From positions 1 to 64,000 of the forward strand of contig MNCI01001762.1 of assembly GCA_015680685.1 (NCBI GenBank): a DNA stretch of 64,000 bases. The letters run 5' to 3'. Of the stretch, positions 37,837-51,703 are shown piece after piece. The notes under the pieces are model-generated. The model saw only the letters and a program-made list of their open reading frames with translations, was not told where the DNA came from and did no database searches. Origin of the DNA: Gnetum montanum (lineage: Eukaryota; Plantae; Gnetophyta). How positions within the stretch are numbered: position 1 is the stretch's first letter; the number at the start of each line of letters is the position of its first letter. The position numbers and the translations under genes are program-made.

Positions 37837-38669
37837 CAAAATAGTTCTAATTTACTTAGCTTCATAGGATTAAAGCGTAAGGAAAATTTAAAATTAGCTT
37901 TGTGTATAACATGTAAACTATTTTATGAAGTGGGTTAGTAGAAGCAAAAATTAGTAATATGAAAAAGAGAAAAAGTGATTCTAAGAGATCTAAAAATGCT
38001 ACCACATCATAATTCAAAAAGAGAGTTTGAAATGAGGTGTTTTTTTTTTATAGAACCCAAAAATGATTCTACAAGAAATGCACTTTTTGGTTCTACCACA
38101 TCATATGATTTTGTGATAAAATTTCATGGTTCTATGAAAAGATTCTATAAACAAAGATCTTAAAGGATACTATGCACTTACTTCCACTTTGCTAAGTTAG
38201 CCATTATAGTAAAGATTGTAGAACAAAATTTGGTTCTATAAGGAAAAGGTGAAAAATGGCTATACAAACTATGTCATCATCTAAAAGAAAAAACATAGAG
38301 AGAAGCATCACTAGTAGAACCAAAATTTGATTCTACAAGAAAATGTATAAATGGTTCTACCATGTTAGCTAATGTAATGAAAATTCATAGAACATCACAT
38401 CAATAAGGCTATATTAACATAATCCTTAATATGACTCATCATACCTCCACGACTGAATGAAAACTCGTCCTCAAGTAAACAAAAGGAGGAACAAGCTTAC
38501 AAAATTTTGGGGAGGTATGGGATTATTGACTAACTACTGACACACATAAATACAACACACACACATGAATAAACACTAAGTACCCAACCATATAGAATCA
38601 TAATCATTACAAAATTTTGATGTTTAGAACAACAAAATTAAACACCAGTCCAAAACTAACAAAAACAAC

Positions 38670-40976
38670 TCCTCTAATGATGTGAAGATGATGAAGAAGC
38701 TCAAATAGTCCCAAGCAGTGGAGGTTTCTAAGGCTCCAAAGAACCTTCTCTTGCTTAAGGCACACATGGTGGTTGAGGTGGTTGTGGTTGGCCTATAGCA
38801 GCTGCAACCTTTGATGGAAGATGAAAGATGTCCAATAGTGCCTTCATATTCTCCTTATTACTCCTAGGATCATTCATGGTCCACACTGCATCATGAATGT
38901 GGGCTAGTATGGGAACACCCCAGGGATAGGGCATTGCCAAGAATAGCTCCTTCATGTTGATAAACCAGGTAGTGAAAAGTTTGTATTCAACATCAAATGC
39001 CTCAAGAGAATTTTTCAACTCCTTGCAGTCATTTATCTCTGATTGATGAATTGTGCCCTAAGAACCTTGAGTTTAGCATTAGTAATATCAAGCTTTTGCT
39101 TGGTCTCCTCATGGGTTTTGAACTCTACCTTATACAAGAAGTATGAGTTGGCCACTTGCTTTTCTAATGCTAACCATGACCATCTAGTAGTTAGCATTGC
39201 CAATATTGCATAATGAAGATTAGCAAGCTCCATATATAGCTCTTTCGTGTAGATTTTTACTTTGTTATAGTCATTGAGCCCATCAAAGGTAGGCTGTTAG
39301 ACATCGCCTTCATTAACATTTGCCTTCATCATCTAGATGTGTTTTTCATTAATCTATTTTTGTAAATTCACATGATCTTTGTAGTAATTTTTGACTCTCT
39401 TAAATTTGAAAGCCTCATTTTTCTAGGCAACCTCTCTATCATAGATTTTGACAAAGGGATCAAACTTCCTCCACGGAAAGATTTTTGTTTTTAGCTATCA
39501 ATCTCCTTAGTTTGATGTTTACTCTAGCTAGCTGCTCTTGTTATTAATGGATAAAATCTACCATCTACTACTTTTATGCATCAACATTCCATAAGCAATG
39601 ATTCTCTATAGTCAGAATCACATTTACCTAGTGAGTCTAGTCCAAGGCTTTTTGGATATTATGCATTGTGGCATAGGCTAAGGACTAATCAAAGACTATT
39701 ATCTCATTGGCATCCTCAACCTTTTTTAGCTTATCTTGAAGTTGTTTAAAAGCTTCATCACATGTTAATGTAGGATTAAGAAACATGGGATCAGTAAAAT
39801 GGGCTCTTAATTTAGTAGCCTCTGCAACCAAGCATTGGTTTTATGCTTGGGTTGTTTTGAGTCGCCCCTTCAATATAATGAAATTTTCCTTTGGTTCTAG
39901 CAACTCTGAGTAGGTTGCAGTGATTGTATTTGGAATATTAAAGATATCTGAAATTAGTTACCCAATTCCCACTAGTTGATCTAGCAACTCCTTATGCTGG
40001 GCTGCTTTTAATCTGCCACTAATTGTTCCTATAGGTGTTTGCACATCTTTAAGTGTAGAAACATTTGATACAAATGTTGTAAGGTTTAGGGTAATAGGAG
40101 CATGTCTGCTTATGTCTTTAGTGTAGCATACTATCCCTATCCTTTTGCATAGTTTTCAATGAGACATGGAAAGGGTAGGGCCTTCCTTCCATGTTTGTTT
40201 TCCTTGAATCACATCTCTATCTCCAAATAGATTAGTTGTGAACGGTTCATAGGGAATTTTCTACTTTGAGTAGCACACAGATAGGTAAAAAAAGTGGTCA
40301 CCTTGTTGGGTCTTATCATCAGATTAAGGTGATAGGCCACTATCTTGAAATATATGTGCTCTACTAGGGTGAATGAATCATACTCTTTGCGGTCCACTCC
40401 ATAACACTGTTGGATCCACTCCTTCTTTGCCTCTGGGTTTGCTTGTGTGGAGATCTCTACTAAATTTATTTCAATATCAAGCAACCCAAGGGCCTACACA
40501 GTTACCTCGACTGAGTAGAACATCCAAATTTCCTTGATCTTCACAATGTCTACTTACCATTCTAAAAGAGATATGTCTTTCTCATGTACCATTCCCCACT
40601 GGAAGTGATGATTAGCCACATGGAAGAGTTCTGCAACTACATCTTAACTTTTGTTGGAGCATGTTCTAAGAATGGTCCAAAGCTCAATTCTTGGAGAACT
40701 GAATGTTGGATGTCACAAGGTTTGAGGTGAGCAAGGTAGGCTTGAGTTAATGTGACCTCAAGTCTTGGCATTGATCCTAGTGTCTCATCTCAATGGGATT
40801 GTTCAGTTACAGTCACTTCTTCAACAATCTATTGAATAGATTTTACTTTAGGCTCCTCCTAAAGAGGTCTTGTCACATGAGTTTCTACAACTTATTCTTG
40901 GCCTTGTTCTTACTTATCTCTTCTAGCTCTTGGTCATTTGTCCCTTAGTTAGGATGGTCCTCCTTCCTATGGGCAT
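38670..40976 (-). pseudogene. Athila-like ORF2 (extra ORF), decayed
   Basis: ORFs 40209-40484 (NPEAKKEWIQQCYGVDRKEYD), 39033-39233 and 38755-39018 are homologous to + ORFs 49252-49458 and 51107-51301. Confidence 0.8.
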
Positions 40977-41199
40977 TTTGGTCTAGGAGTAGACGGATGT
41001 TAAGAAGGATAGAAAGAAAATGAAGACTCCCCTCTTAGAGAAGGTTCTCTATAGTACTCTAAAGGGATATGGAAAGGAAGCGTGACTAGAGGAGTCACAT
41101 GGAGAGACTGGCTGTTGAATGTAGTATCCATAGGGATTAGTTTGACGATAAGGGTATTGTTGCCTTGAAAGTGGCATCCCCCATGATTGTGGGTGTTTC

Positions 41200-44100
41200 C
41201 ATTGCTCATACTATTCTTGAGGTTGTGGTAGTGCTCTACTCAAATAGTAAGATTATTGGTGGAATTACTACTAATAGTTGCCTTATGGATAAGGTAATTG
41301 CTTAGATGCTTACCTTTTTTTCAATCTAGGATTTAGAGCATACAATTCAAATTCTCGTAAGTGTTATAGTACAAGGCAACATTCCTTAGAATGTTCATAT
41401 TAGTGAATGTCAATCCATCATCATTAATTTTTGAATTTACAACCTCCTCAACTATTGGAGCATTACCCTTATTTTTATAATATCCCTATTTAACATTCTT
41501 CTTCTTCCTTCTTTCACGACCACTATCTCCTTGATCTCTACATTTCTCAACAGTCTTTAGAGTAGTTTGAAATTTCTCGTCTAAGAAGTCTCACATCTTA
41601 TCAACATTAGCCAATATTTCAGTAATAGATTTTTGGATTGACAAGGTTTTTCTTTGCACCATGTGGTGCCTCCTCCTCATTCTCACAAACATGAACCTCC
41701 CTTTTGTAGATGAAGAAGTCTTTATTGTATTCTTTTACACTCATTTTTTTAGCTCTTCTTCCTCTTTGGCCACTTGCTCAATGAACCTTTGAATTTGATT
41801 GACCCTTAGCTTAGAAAGTCTTCCTTGGGCATAGACCCCAAGGATTCTCCTTGTTTTAGTTCTAATCCATCTATAATATGGCATAGCTGATCCCATTGAG
41901 AGTATTCATGGCTTGGGCATCAATGGAAAAAAAAGGTAGTACCTACCCATGACCACATACAAAGACTCATGAGTGCTTTGTTTGCATCTTTGAATTTGCA
42001 TCCCTAGATCAGACACTCTAGAGTATATTTGGTATTTGTCATTGAACAACTCCAGCATCATACTTCATCACTAAATAGATTCTGGTTCCAAGAAGCAATA
42101 CCAGCTTTATGCTTCCTTTATGAGTGACCTTAGGAACAGTTTTAGCTTTTTCCATTTGTTCTCCACATTTTGCAAGGCATAGGCATCATGGAAGGCTTGC
42201 AAATGATTCTATGGATCTAAATTATATACCTTCTTAAACTTGGGGATATTGTTCGTATCTAGCTATTTAATGTAGCTATCCTTCAAGTGCCTAGTGGGAA
42301 TTCTAATAGTCTCTAAAATATTCAACATATTTATGGTAGCTAGCAAGGGCTCTTCGTAGTCATAAATGTCTCTATGGTCCCTGTCATGGTCATGATGCCT
42401 ATAATGAGTCCTATTATGCCTTCATTCTCTATGATCATCCCTTGATGTTGCTCATGCCCTTGGTCCTTATTGTCCCGATGTGATCCACAATCATCCCTAT
42501 TGAAACACCACTAAAAATTCATGTTGTAACCTTCATTTCCCAACTTGAGGTAAGGATTCCTTGTAAATATGATATATGTGGCCTATGAGCTACAATCTTA
42601 CATACTTCAACTTTTTGAGGTCAAAAAATGCTTCAAAAGTTGCACTTCCCAAGTAGAAAAAGGTATCCCATGTCTATATTTGGGCTTGGGAAGCTAAAAA
42701 TGCCTTTGGAATGGCTAAAATTGGCATTTCCATGGTTTTTTATAGGGATATAACCCTAACTACGCTAGAGCCATCAACTCTGACTAGTGCTACAGTAGAC
42801 ACAATGCTATAGTTAACAGGAAGTTCTATTCTATTCTAGAATATGATAGTGGCCAATGTAGTCACCATTAAGACCTAGTAGAAGTGCAACATTGGAATTG
42901 TTGAAATTTCCATTTCTCCAACAGTGGCCAATGTACTCATCACAAGTTTTCTATAGCTAGTGCAAATAGCATTTTCCATTAGTTTCCAACCATTTTCCAG
43001 TGATTTCCAACTTTCCCAATGTTTCCATTTTTTTTCATTTTCCACCACTTTTGGTATTTCCCAAACAACCTTAGCATGGTCCACTACAGCCAATGTAGTA
43101 AGAATGGTGCCAACGTAGTCACAAAAGTTTGTTTACTATTTATAGTAAACAGATGAATTTTGTGGCTATAGTTCATACCAAACTTACTATAAATGGTAAC
43201 TATGCTAAGATTTGATAGCCATTGCACCTACGAATGGACACCTCCATCAACACCAACATAGTAAAAATGGTGCTAGCATAGTCACAAAAGTTTCTTTACT
43301 ATTTATAGTAAACAAATGAATTTTGTGGCTATAGTCCATACTGCACTTATCATAAATGGTAACAATGTTGAGATATTATAGCTATTGTATCTACAAATTG
43401 ACACTAGTCTATCAACAATCATGACAGTGGTGTACAAACCCAAAATAGCCACATCAACCCTATATATACCAAATGTAAATACCATATTCCAGTTCCAACA
43501 CTTTGGCACTTTACAACCTTTTGCATCACTTCAGAGCTTTTCAAACAATAGCAACTTTTGGTATTTTCACTACCAACTAAACCCATTACAACCTTGCAAC
43601 ACTTTTTGGTAGGAAAAACTTGTACTACGCTGGGCATAGAGACTTCCATGTAACTTCCATTACATCAAAAAGTAAAAATCCATTTTCATGATGACATTAC
43701 AAATCTTGGTGAAAACCAATGGAACATTGCTGGAAATTAGAGTTGGGAAAAAATTGAATCATGGAGTTGCTGAAGAACACAACCTATCTTCTCCAACAAA
43801 CTTCAAGCTCCTACAAGCAACTTCTGGTGCCCTTGGCACAAAATCTATATTTCATGAACCTTATTCTTTATTTTTATTTAAATAAAGTTATTGTTCATGT
43901 TGTGCAAGTTTTAGTTTATGTTTTCTTTTTTTCATTTGCTTTCATTTTAGATCTACAACTTTCACATCATTTTTTTTCAAAGCCACTTTCATTTCCATTT
44001 ACCATTTTTGTTTACACTTCTCTAAGTCCTTGGGTGATCAGCCAGACCATCTAGGGTGCCTTGAATTCCATTTAGAGGCCCTTGGAATTCCAAGTTAAAA

Positions 44101-45000
44101 TTGTTCCAATGCTTGCATTTTTTTGGTTTCTATTCTAGCAACCAAAATTTCTAGCACCAACACCTATCCCACCGTTCATCTCCATCATGATCTTTGTTGC
44201 TTTGTCCATGATCTTGGCCTCTGCTTCTCCTTTTAGACTCGGAAAAGGAAGACAATGAGGATGATGATGAAGGAAAAGAGGAAGGAGAATCAACACCAGA
44301 ATGATACCTACTACCTCCTCTTCTTCGATCCCTACCTTGATCATCATGTTTGTCTTTCTCTTGGTGCTTTTCATTATCCCTACCTCTAGATGAATGGCTA
44401 TGGTTACATCTTTTGAGGTTCCCTAATCTTGCAATTCATTCTTCTCATCACCAAGGTTGTCCATAGTTGAATGCAATTGTTGGTTAAGGGTTTTCACATC
44501 AAAGAGAGAAGGAGATTCTATGTATTGGAAGGCACTTGAAAAGAAGTCTTCTCCTTCTTTGTATGTTTGTAGGAATAAGTGGTTAGGAAACCTTTTTCCT
44601 TTTGAAGCATCATATCAAGCTTTCTTTCATTTGGCCTCTACGGGATGATAATCCCAATAAGCATGATCTTAAACCTCATCCTCTGCATTAAGTTTGGCAA
44701 TGCCCAACTTGATGAGATTGTTCAATAACATCGTGAGAACAAATCGGTCAAGAGGCAATACAATGTTGCCTTCCATGTTTCTCCATCACAATTGCTTATC
44801 TTGATGCAAGATGAAGGTGAAATATGGAGTGTAAGAATCTGGATGAGTATAGACAACTTTGAACTGTTGGGACACTTGTGTCTTTTGACCTTCTTATCTT
44901 TGATTACATCTTCTTATAAATGGTGGTGGAGAACCTTCCTTGTGAGAAGAAGCCATATCAGTGATTGTCCAAAAATAATGTGTGTTTGTTATTATTATTT
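41200..45000 (-). pseudogene. Athila-like gag, interrupted by a solo LTR
   Basis: DP*NHLQAF...KLKLFLRSLIKEA*SWYCFLEPESI...MMLELF at ~42220-42040. The R/D/H-rich linker rejoins across the insertion. Confidence 0.75.
42501..44162. mobile_element. Solo LTR (1662 bp) with 5-bp target-site duplication CCTAT
   Basis: TGAAAC...CCAACA flanked by CCTAT at 42496-42500 and 44163-44167. A second copy of its start lies at 63534-64000. Confidence 0.88.
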
Positions 45001-45084
45001 ATCTTAATGGTTTAGTATTAATTTCCTTTACAACGTCATTAGATGTTTTTCTATCTTTCCTATGTAGCACACTTAGCTAACTAA

Positions 45085-45103
45085 GTCCCCGGTAATGATG
45101 CCA
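45085..45103 (-). promoter_or_regulatory. Athila-type tRNA-Asp primer-binding site (deaminated)
   Basis: Minus strand TGGCATCATTACCGGGGAC versus the canonical TGGCGCCGTTGCCGGGGA; all differences are C>T or G>A. Confidence 0.8.
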
Positions 45104-45104
45104 A

Positions 45105-45952
45105 TGATGACCAACACGTAGTTCCTAAGCCCAACCATATGAATCACAAGTGTTGCACTAATGATCTAGTGGAATTCTATGGACATAGCTCCTAAATGCA
45201 CTGATGGACAAAGATAATGACTTAGAGATGTGATCATTGTCTTCTTGGCTTTACTTGTGGATGTTCACTTGTATGGTTAAGTATAAGCCAAGGCACATGA
45301 TTTTTATGTATATTTTATATTTTATTTGATTTAGTCTAAGTGTAAAATAAAAGTAATTAATTGTAAATTTACTAATTAACTATCTAATTTCTTAATCTAA
45401 CTCTCCTAACATAATCATCCAAGCCTACTTTCCATGCACATCCTAAACTCATTAGGAATGTTGCTGGGTTATCAAGTGTTAGGCTACTAGGTGTGCCAAG
45501 CGATAATACTACTAAGATTATCAAGTGTTGACAGTATGTTTGAGGTAGTCACACTTATGTGTGATTATTGAGGATATTAATTAACTAAGTTCATGAATAT
45601 AAAATGCATGAGTAATAAAGTGCATAATGAAAACATTAAACTATTCTTAAGTGTTGCAAGAAATTCTAAGAATCTTGTCTTTATTGTTGGCACATCAAAG
45701 TGTTTAGGTACATTGATGTTTGAATAAGGATCCGTATAATTCTTGAAGTCCTACTGTGGGCACTTAGAAAATATTCTAACTCTGATGAAAGAAAATTGTA
45801 AGAACTTTGCTATTGACTTAAAATGTCATAAATGTGGTGGGTACATGCATTTATATAGGTAAGACGAGACATGGTGTCAATGCATCTAACCATGTGTTAG
45901 TGGGGCTACATCAATCCATAGCCTTCAACACAACCTATCAAGTAATTCATCA
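45105..45952 (-). repeat. 5' LTR of the pol-less Athila-like element
   Basis: Minus-strand TGATG...CATCA termini, CCTATATAAATG TATA, and homology to 51704-52571. Confidence 0.85.
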
Positions 45953-48698
45953 TACACAAACTCAATAAATCAATTAGTCCTTATCACTTTGCATTAAAGA
46001 AATCGATGCACTTCGATATAGTTAAATAATAAAAAATAATAAAAATTAAATGTTTTTTAATATGAAACTAGAACATTTGGGGGTTCAACACATCCCCAAG
46101 CTAATGATCAAGTTGAAGTTACTAGCAAGATAATAACTAGGATACTAACATGCACAATTAGTAAGTATAGGAAGGACTGGAGCATAAAACTCAATGTTGC
46201 TCTATGGGCTTATCAATCAACTTGGAAACTTCCTATCAATTATTCTCCTTATGAGTTGGTGTATAGAAAACTACCAATACTTCCAATCTAAGGTAAGCTC
46301 CGTACACTCTCAACGTTTTGTGAACTTGACCTTGATCTAAGCCTAGCATAAAAAGAATGCCTAATAACATTAAATGTGCTAGAAAAGAACTAACAAGTAG
46401 TACTAGCAATGAATGAACTGCATATGGCACATATCAAACAACATCATGACACAAGAATAAGAAGAGTTTAATTTCAACTAGGTGATAAGGTTCTTTATTA
46501 GAGAGCCTCATGCATGTGCCACAGCATATAAAGCTTCAAACATTATGGGAAGGACCTTACATCATTCATACAACTTTTTCTTCTAGTGCCATGATAATTT
46601 ACCACCTTGCAAGCCTAGAGAAATAACTTTTAGTCAACATCCAACAAGTAAAGCCTTTTCTGGAACCTAGGATAACTAGCACCTTAGTAGATAGACAAGG
46701 CCACTCTATTTTTTGGATCTCCTCCTTTCAACTCAGTTGTGATGGAGATGGTTGACCATTTTCACATCCTATGAAGGCCATCCCATTTTTCACCTTTTTC
46801 TTACACTATTCTTCATATGTTTTCCATTTTCTTGAATATTTTACTATTTCTTTCTTTTAATTTTACTTTATTTGGTTTTGTCTTGTTTTGTTTTATTTGT
46901 ACGAAATCTTGAATTTTTGTCATCGTTACTACTACTATTGGAAGTTAATTAATGAAGTATTTAATATTACGATTAAATGGTAAATGACTAAATGTTATCT
47001 CTGGATTATGTTCTCAATTAACATATTGTTAATTTTCCAATGATATCAAGCAGTGAGTCCACAACATCCATCCACTCCATCTACTCTGTGGAGCTCTGTA
47101 TCATTGAAGCATGAGGTTCTTCCATAATTGACACTTAAAGTAATCAATGAGCTTATTACTTAATAAACTCAAAATGGACTAAATGGGAATGGAAAAGGGT
47201 GTGACCTCAAGGGGAGTTGTTGTATGCTCTTTTTAACTTCCCCCCTAAGTTTTATGATCTCCCATTGGTAGATCACCACTCCTATTGCCAACCATAATAC
47301 AAAGCACGTCTTTACATGGTGTTGTTCCTATCAAAAAAAAACATGGAAATTCAAAGCACATCCCTTAGATATAATAATGGGCTACAAGCACTAGTTATGG
47401 TGCTAGAAAGGCATGTTACCCATGTATGAAGACACCCCTCTAACTAAGGCCCTTCCTTCCTTCTTCTCTTTTCTTCTTCTCTTGGAGTGGTGATTGTCCT
47501 ATGGGAGTTGTCATATACTTTTGATGGTTTTTGAGGAGGGATTTATCAATGCAAGGTTACTATCATTGGAATGGCCTTAGTCTTGACTAGGGATGGGCTT
47601 GTATTAGATCATGTTATCCATAAGCTCCACAAGGATCTCACGTGATCTAGATCTAGATCACCTAACCACCATTCTTTCTCTACCATCATTCTTACCTCAC
47701 CACTAACCACCTGGTTACCTCCTATTATTGTCAATTGATGTAATTATTATGGTAGTGATATAATCCTCGGATGATCTTTCACATGAATTCAAATTTTAAC
47801 ATATAATGATCATTAATCATTCTTGGTGCCTACAAACTCCTCATGATGATAGCATGCAAGGGCATCATAGGCATAAGCTTGCTTTGGAGAGGATCCACTT
47901 GCATACCCTTTGGTCTCTTTAAGTTAAACTTCCTATCCATTGGTCATTTCTCTAATTAATCTCATCAACGTACATTTCACATATCTAGTTTTGCTTTCTT
48001 TTGGCATCATTAATTCATCCAAATCTAATCCACTCTCCTCTTTCAATGTAATTACAATCGTCTTATATGTTTTTTCCATCCTTCCATGTTTTTCTGGCCT
48101 CCATTGGGCTCTTGTTTCATTCCAAAACTCATCAAAATTCCTCACTTTTCCTATGCAAAGTATTGCTAAGTATAATTGCATTAACATAGCCCCGTTGATG
48201 CAATGGGATTCATCAACACAACCTTATTGACACATCCTCATTAATGCATCATAAAAATACTACATATGTGCATGACACTTAGTGATTTTTGCATCATTTC
48301 TCATAAGACCAAGAGAATTTTTTCAAATTTTTTAGAGCCTAAGAATCTTCCAAAAGTCATAACTCTTAAACTACTCACCTAATTCAACCTGTTTTTTAAT
48401 CCTTGAGCTATTGGAGGTAAGCTTTACATTATGGGGGATATAAACCTTTGGTTTCTTCTAGAATTTTTTTTGAAGTTTTTTAAACTCCCTAAGGTTCATC
48501 CATTAAAATAATATTAAATTACTCATCCCCATTGGGTTAAACCTAGCAAACAAATTCTGGTAGCCAACTAATAAAATAATATAACCCACCAAGATCACAA
48601 ACAAGCCTAAGCATAACCTGATCTAATAAGAAAGATTTTGAAAGAATTAAGAGTTATGAAGTAAAAAAGCTAATCTTGGATTACGTTTGTGATCACAG

Positions 48699-51480
48699 AT
48701 GGTACCAAAAAAAAGGATCATAGGTGGGAGGGCCTTTCTAGCCCAAGGAGAAGTAACCAAAAGGAGGAAGGAGCCAACAACAACAATCACAGTAGTCTTA
48801 GGAGCAAGCAGTTGAAGTGATCCATGCAATAAGATCTCTTCAGGAGGAGATCAAAGTGGAATCTATTTGACAAATTCCTACTGCATAAATAGGCTAGTCC
48901 AAGCATAATGTAGTCCTTCAATTGAGGCCTAACCTTGAAGTTACCCTCATGGAGGCCTACAATAAGAACCAAGAAGGCCCAAAGTTTCATTCTCTAAGAG
49001 TTGAACTTTGGACCCTTCTTGGAATTGGCACTAGAAGAAGTCCACACACAATTATAGGGATCTCCCATGTGGCCTATTCTTTCCACTAGTAGAAAATGGT
49101 ACATGGAAAGACTTACCTCTTCTAGAACAACTAACAGGGAGACACATCTATAAAGATCAAAGACATCATCGTCTCCCACTCAATTAAGGCCATTGTGGAG
49201 GTTCTCAATTTTCTTGACACCAGGGTAAAGTTGGCAAAAATTTCTACATAGTTGGACCCTAAAGCTAAGAAGGAATGGGTCCACCATTGCTATGGAGTGG
49301 ACTGTAAGAAGTATGATATCCTCACAAAGGTGGAGCATGTGTATTTCAAGATTGCGACCTATCACCTGAACCCAACAATGAGAACTAGTGAGGTGATAGT
49401 CTTCTCCACCCAAGCATGCACTGCTCTAAGTGAAAATTTCCTAGTCAAACTTCCCTAGATCATTTATCTAGAGTTTAAAAAGTGCTTTAAGGAAAATGAG
49501 AAGGGAAGGAAGATGCTCCCCTTTTCGTGCTTTATTCGCAAATTGTGCAAGAGGGAGTACACTATGCCAATGATGTGATTCATCATACTCCTATTGCATC
49601 ATGATAGGAGATGATGAAGGATAAGATAGTAGCTAAGCTACAAGAGGAGGAGACACCACCACCACTACCACTTGCAGGAGAAACTACATTGGAGGTGCTT
49701 GCAACTACCAAAAGGTTCAAAAAGCTTCGAAAGAAGTAATTGCAATAATAGCAATGCTCAATAACTGGTGCGGAGTCTTCTATTTACCGTCTAGCCCTAA
49801 GCCATCTCAACAAGGTCACCAAGACCATCAGTTGATTGGACTAGAAAATAGACTTACTATTTTAAGCTTAAAGAAACCAGGCACCTGCTAGATCCAACCC
49901 AAGTGATCGAGAGGTCATGGTGTCCATTCCTAGACAAACATTCCCAGAAATTTCGAGGAATGCTGTAACCTTCTCCATTACGTTGGAGGAAGGTGAGGGG
50001 GTCAATGTCTTGGTTATGTAGTATAAAGGCCAAGAGACAATAGTGGAAGTCGTGGTTAAAGCCCTGAATGCTTCTGTAATAGCATACCAAAAATTGCCAT
50101 AATGTCAGACATCCATGCATCCGTAGGAGTAGGGAGTGGCTGATTAAGCATTACCAAACATGAGGAAGTATTGGAATGACTGGTAGGAACTAGGCAATTT
50201 CTTTAAGAGATCTTTCATCTTCTGGATGAGATTACTACAAACTAGTTATAACTACTTAAGACAAAGGGCAAGTTTTTAATTACCAATGCACAACTAAAGG
50301 AGACCACTATCACCAATTGACTATTGGTAGCCAAAGTTGTAGAATTACATGCTTGTTTCTCTAATCCTACCATTCTTAGGCCAAAGCTTACTATGGATGA
50401 AGCTTTCTAATAGCTTCAGCATAGATTATAAGAGGTCGATAATGCAAAAGAAGCAGCGGTCTTCAATGCATGCTTGTTGGAAGCCATGACCTTCAACACT
50501 AACAAGAACTTGTTGCAAGTCTAAAAAGAGAACTTGTTCTTAACAAAGGATAACTATTTCCTACGAAATGCTGAGTAGCAAAAGGACCAAATGATCGAAT
50601 TCATTCACCAATAACAAGAGTAGCTAGCCAAGGTCAATCTATATTTAAGGTTGATAGCAGAGAATTGTAATCTCTCAATGGAAAAAGTCCATGCACTTTG
50701 CCAAAAGATAGCCATTGAGGTAGCCACCTAAAAGAATGAAGCCATGAAATTTGAATGGGTGAAAAATCATTACAAGGACTAGGTTGGGCTCCTCAAAGAG
50801 GTCAATAAAAAGGAGATTCAATTGACAAAGATGAAGATGAACGAGGCCCTTTAGTAACTCCAGCAATAAGGCAATGTATGAAAACCCATCTTTGATGGAC
50901 TAAATGCATATAACAAAGCTAAAATCTACCTAAAGGAGCTACATATTGAGAAGATGATTGAATAAATAGAGTTTGCCAACCTTCATTGCACAAACCTAGC
51001 GATGCTAACAACAAGAAGACCAAGGTTTGAATTCGAAAAGTAGGCGACCAGTTCCTACCTCCTCTATGAAGTGGAATTTAAGCATTACAAAGAGAAAAAA
51101 TAAAAGTTGAAGATAACTAATGCAAAGCTTGAAGTTCTTAGAAGCAAGTTTACTAATCAACAATTTGTTATTAAGAACCTAGCCAAAAGGATGAACACCT
51201 ACCATGAGCTGCAAAACTTGGTAATGATATTCGACAAGGTTCATCAATATGAAGAAACTATTTTCTTCAATGCACAAGCCGACATCGATGAAGTCATGTG
51301 AACTTCTTATGACCCACATGGTAAAGAAGAAAAATGAAAACATTGCTCGATGCTTTCAAACTCCCAATAGGAGTAGTGGCAATAATAGGTTAGCCTTAAC
51401 CTCCACCAGTGTTGGAATCTGGCAAAGGACCTTCAACACCACAGGAGCCTCCACCTCCAAGCACTTTTTGAGAATTCATC
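48699..51480 (+). pseudogene. Athila-like ORF2 (extra ORF with transposon-associated domain and coiled coil), decayed
   Basis: Fragments DPKAKKEWVHHCYGVDCKKYDILTKVEHVYFKIATYHLNP and KITNAKLEVLRSKFTNQQ are colinear with 38670-40976 (-). Confidence 0.8.
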
Positions 51481-51703
51481 ATGTCTTTGTCAATTTCATA
51501 AGCACCTACTATAATTTTTGATAAAGTTTTCAAATCTTGATGTAATGGATAGTCATTTTTGAAATAATGTATAATCTGGCACTTAGAGTTAGTTAGCTTA
51601 TTTGTCTTTTTGTTAATGAATTCTATACTTCCCAAAATTATGTAACAAGCTCGATCCTACTTTTATTCACTCGATGATGAATTTTCAATCAATCATGGGG
51701 GTA

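Larger units (their letters stand above)
37837..45952 (-). mobile_element. Pol-less (non-autonomous) Athila-like element: LTR-PBS-gag-ORF2-PPT-LTR remnant
   Basis: 5' LTR 45105-45952, tRNA-Asp PBS, gag core at ~42250-41950, ORF2 40976-38670, PPT GTGGAGGTA and LTR start TGATGAGTCAT at 38441. No RT or integrase motifs were found in between. Confidence 0.75.

Noticed and set aside
46091-46120. Integrase starting at HPQAN as the continuation of the integrase broken at TTPYH (~1185)
   Set aside because: The two are in opposite orientations, both contain the QAN codons, and no matching TSD was found; treated as coincidence.
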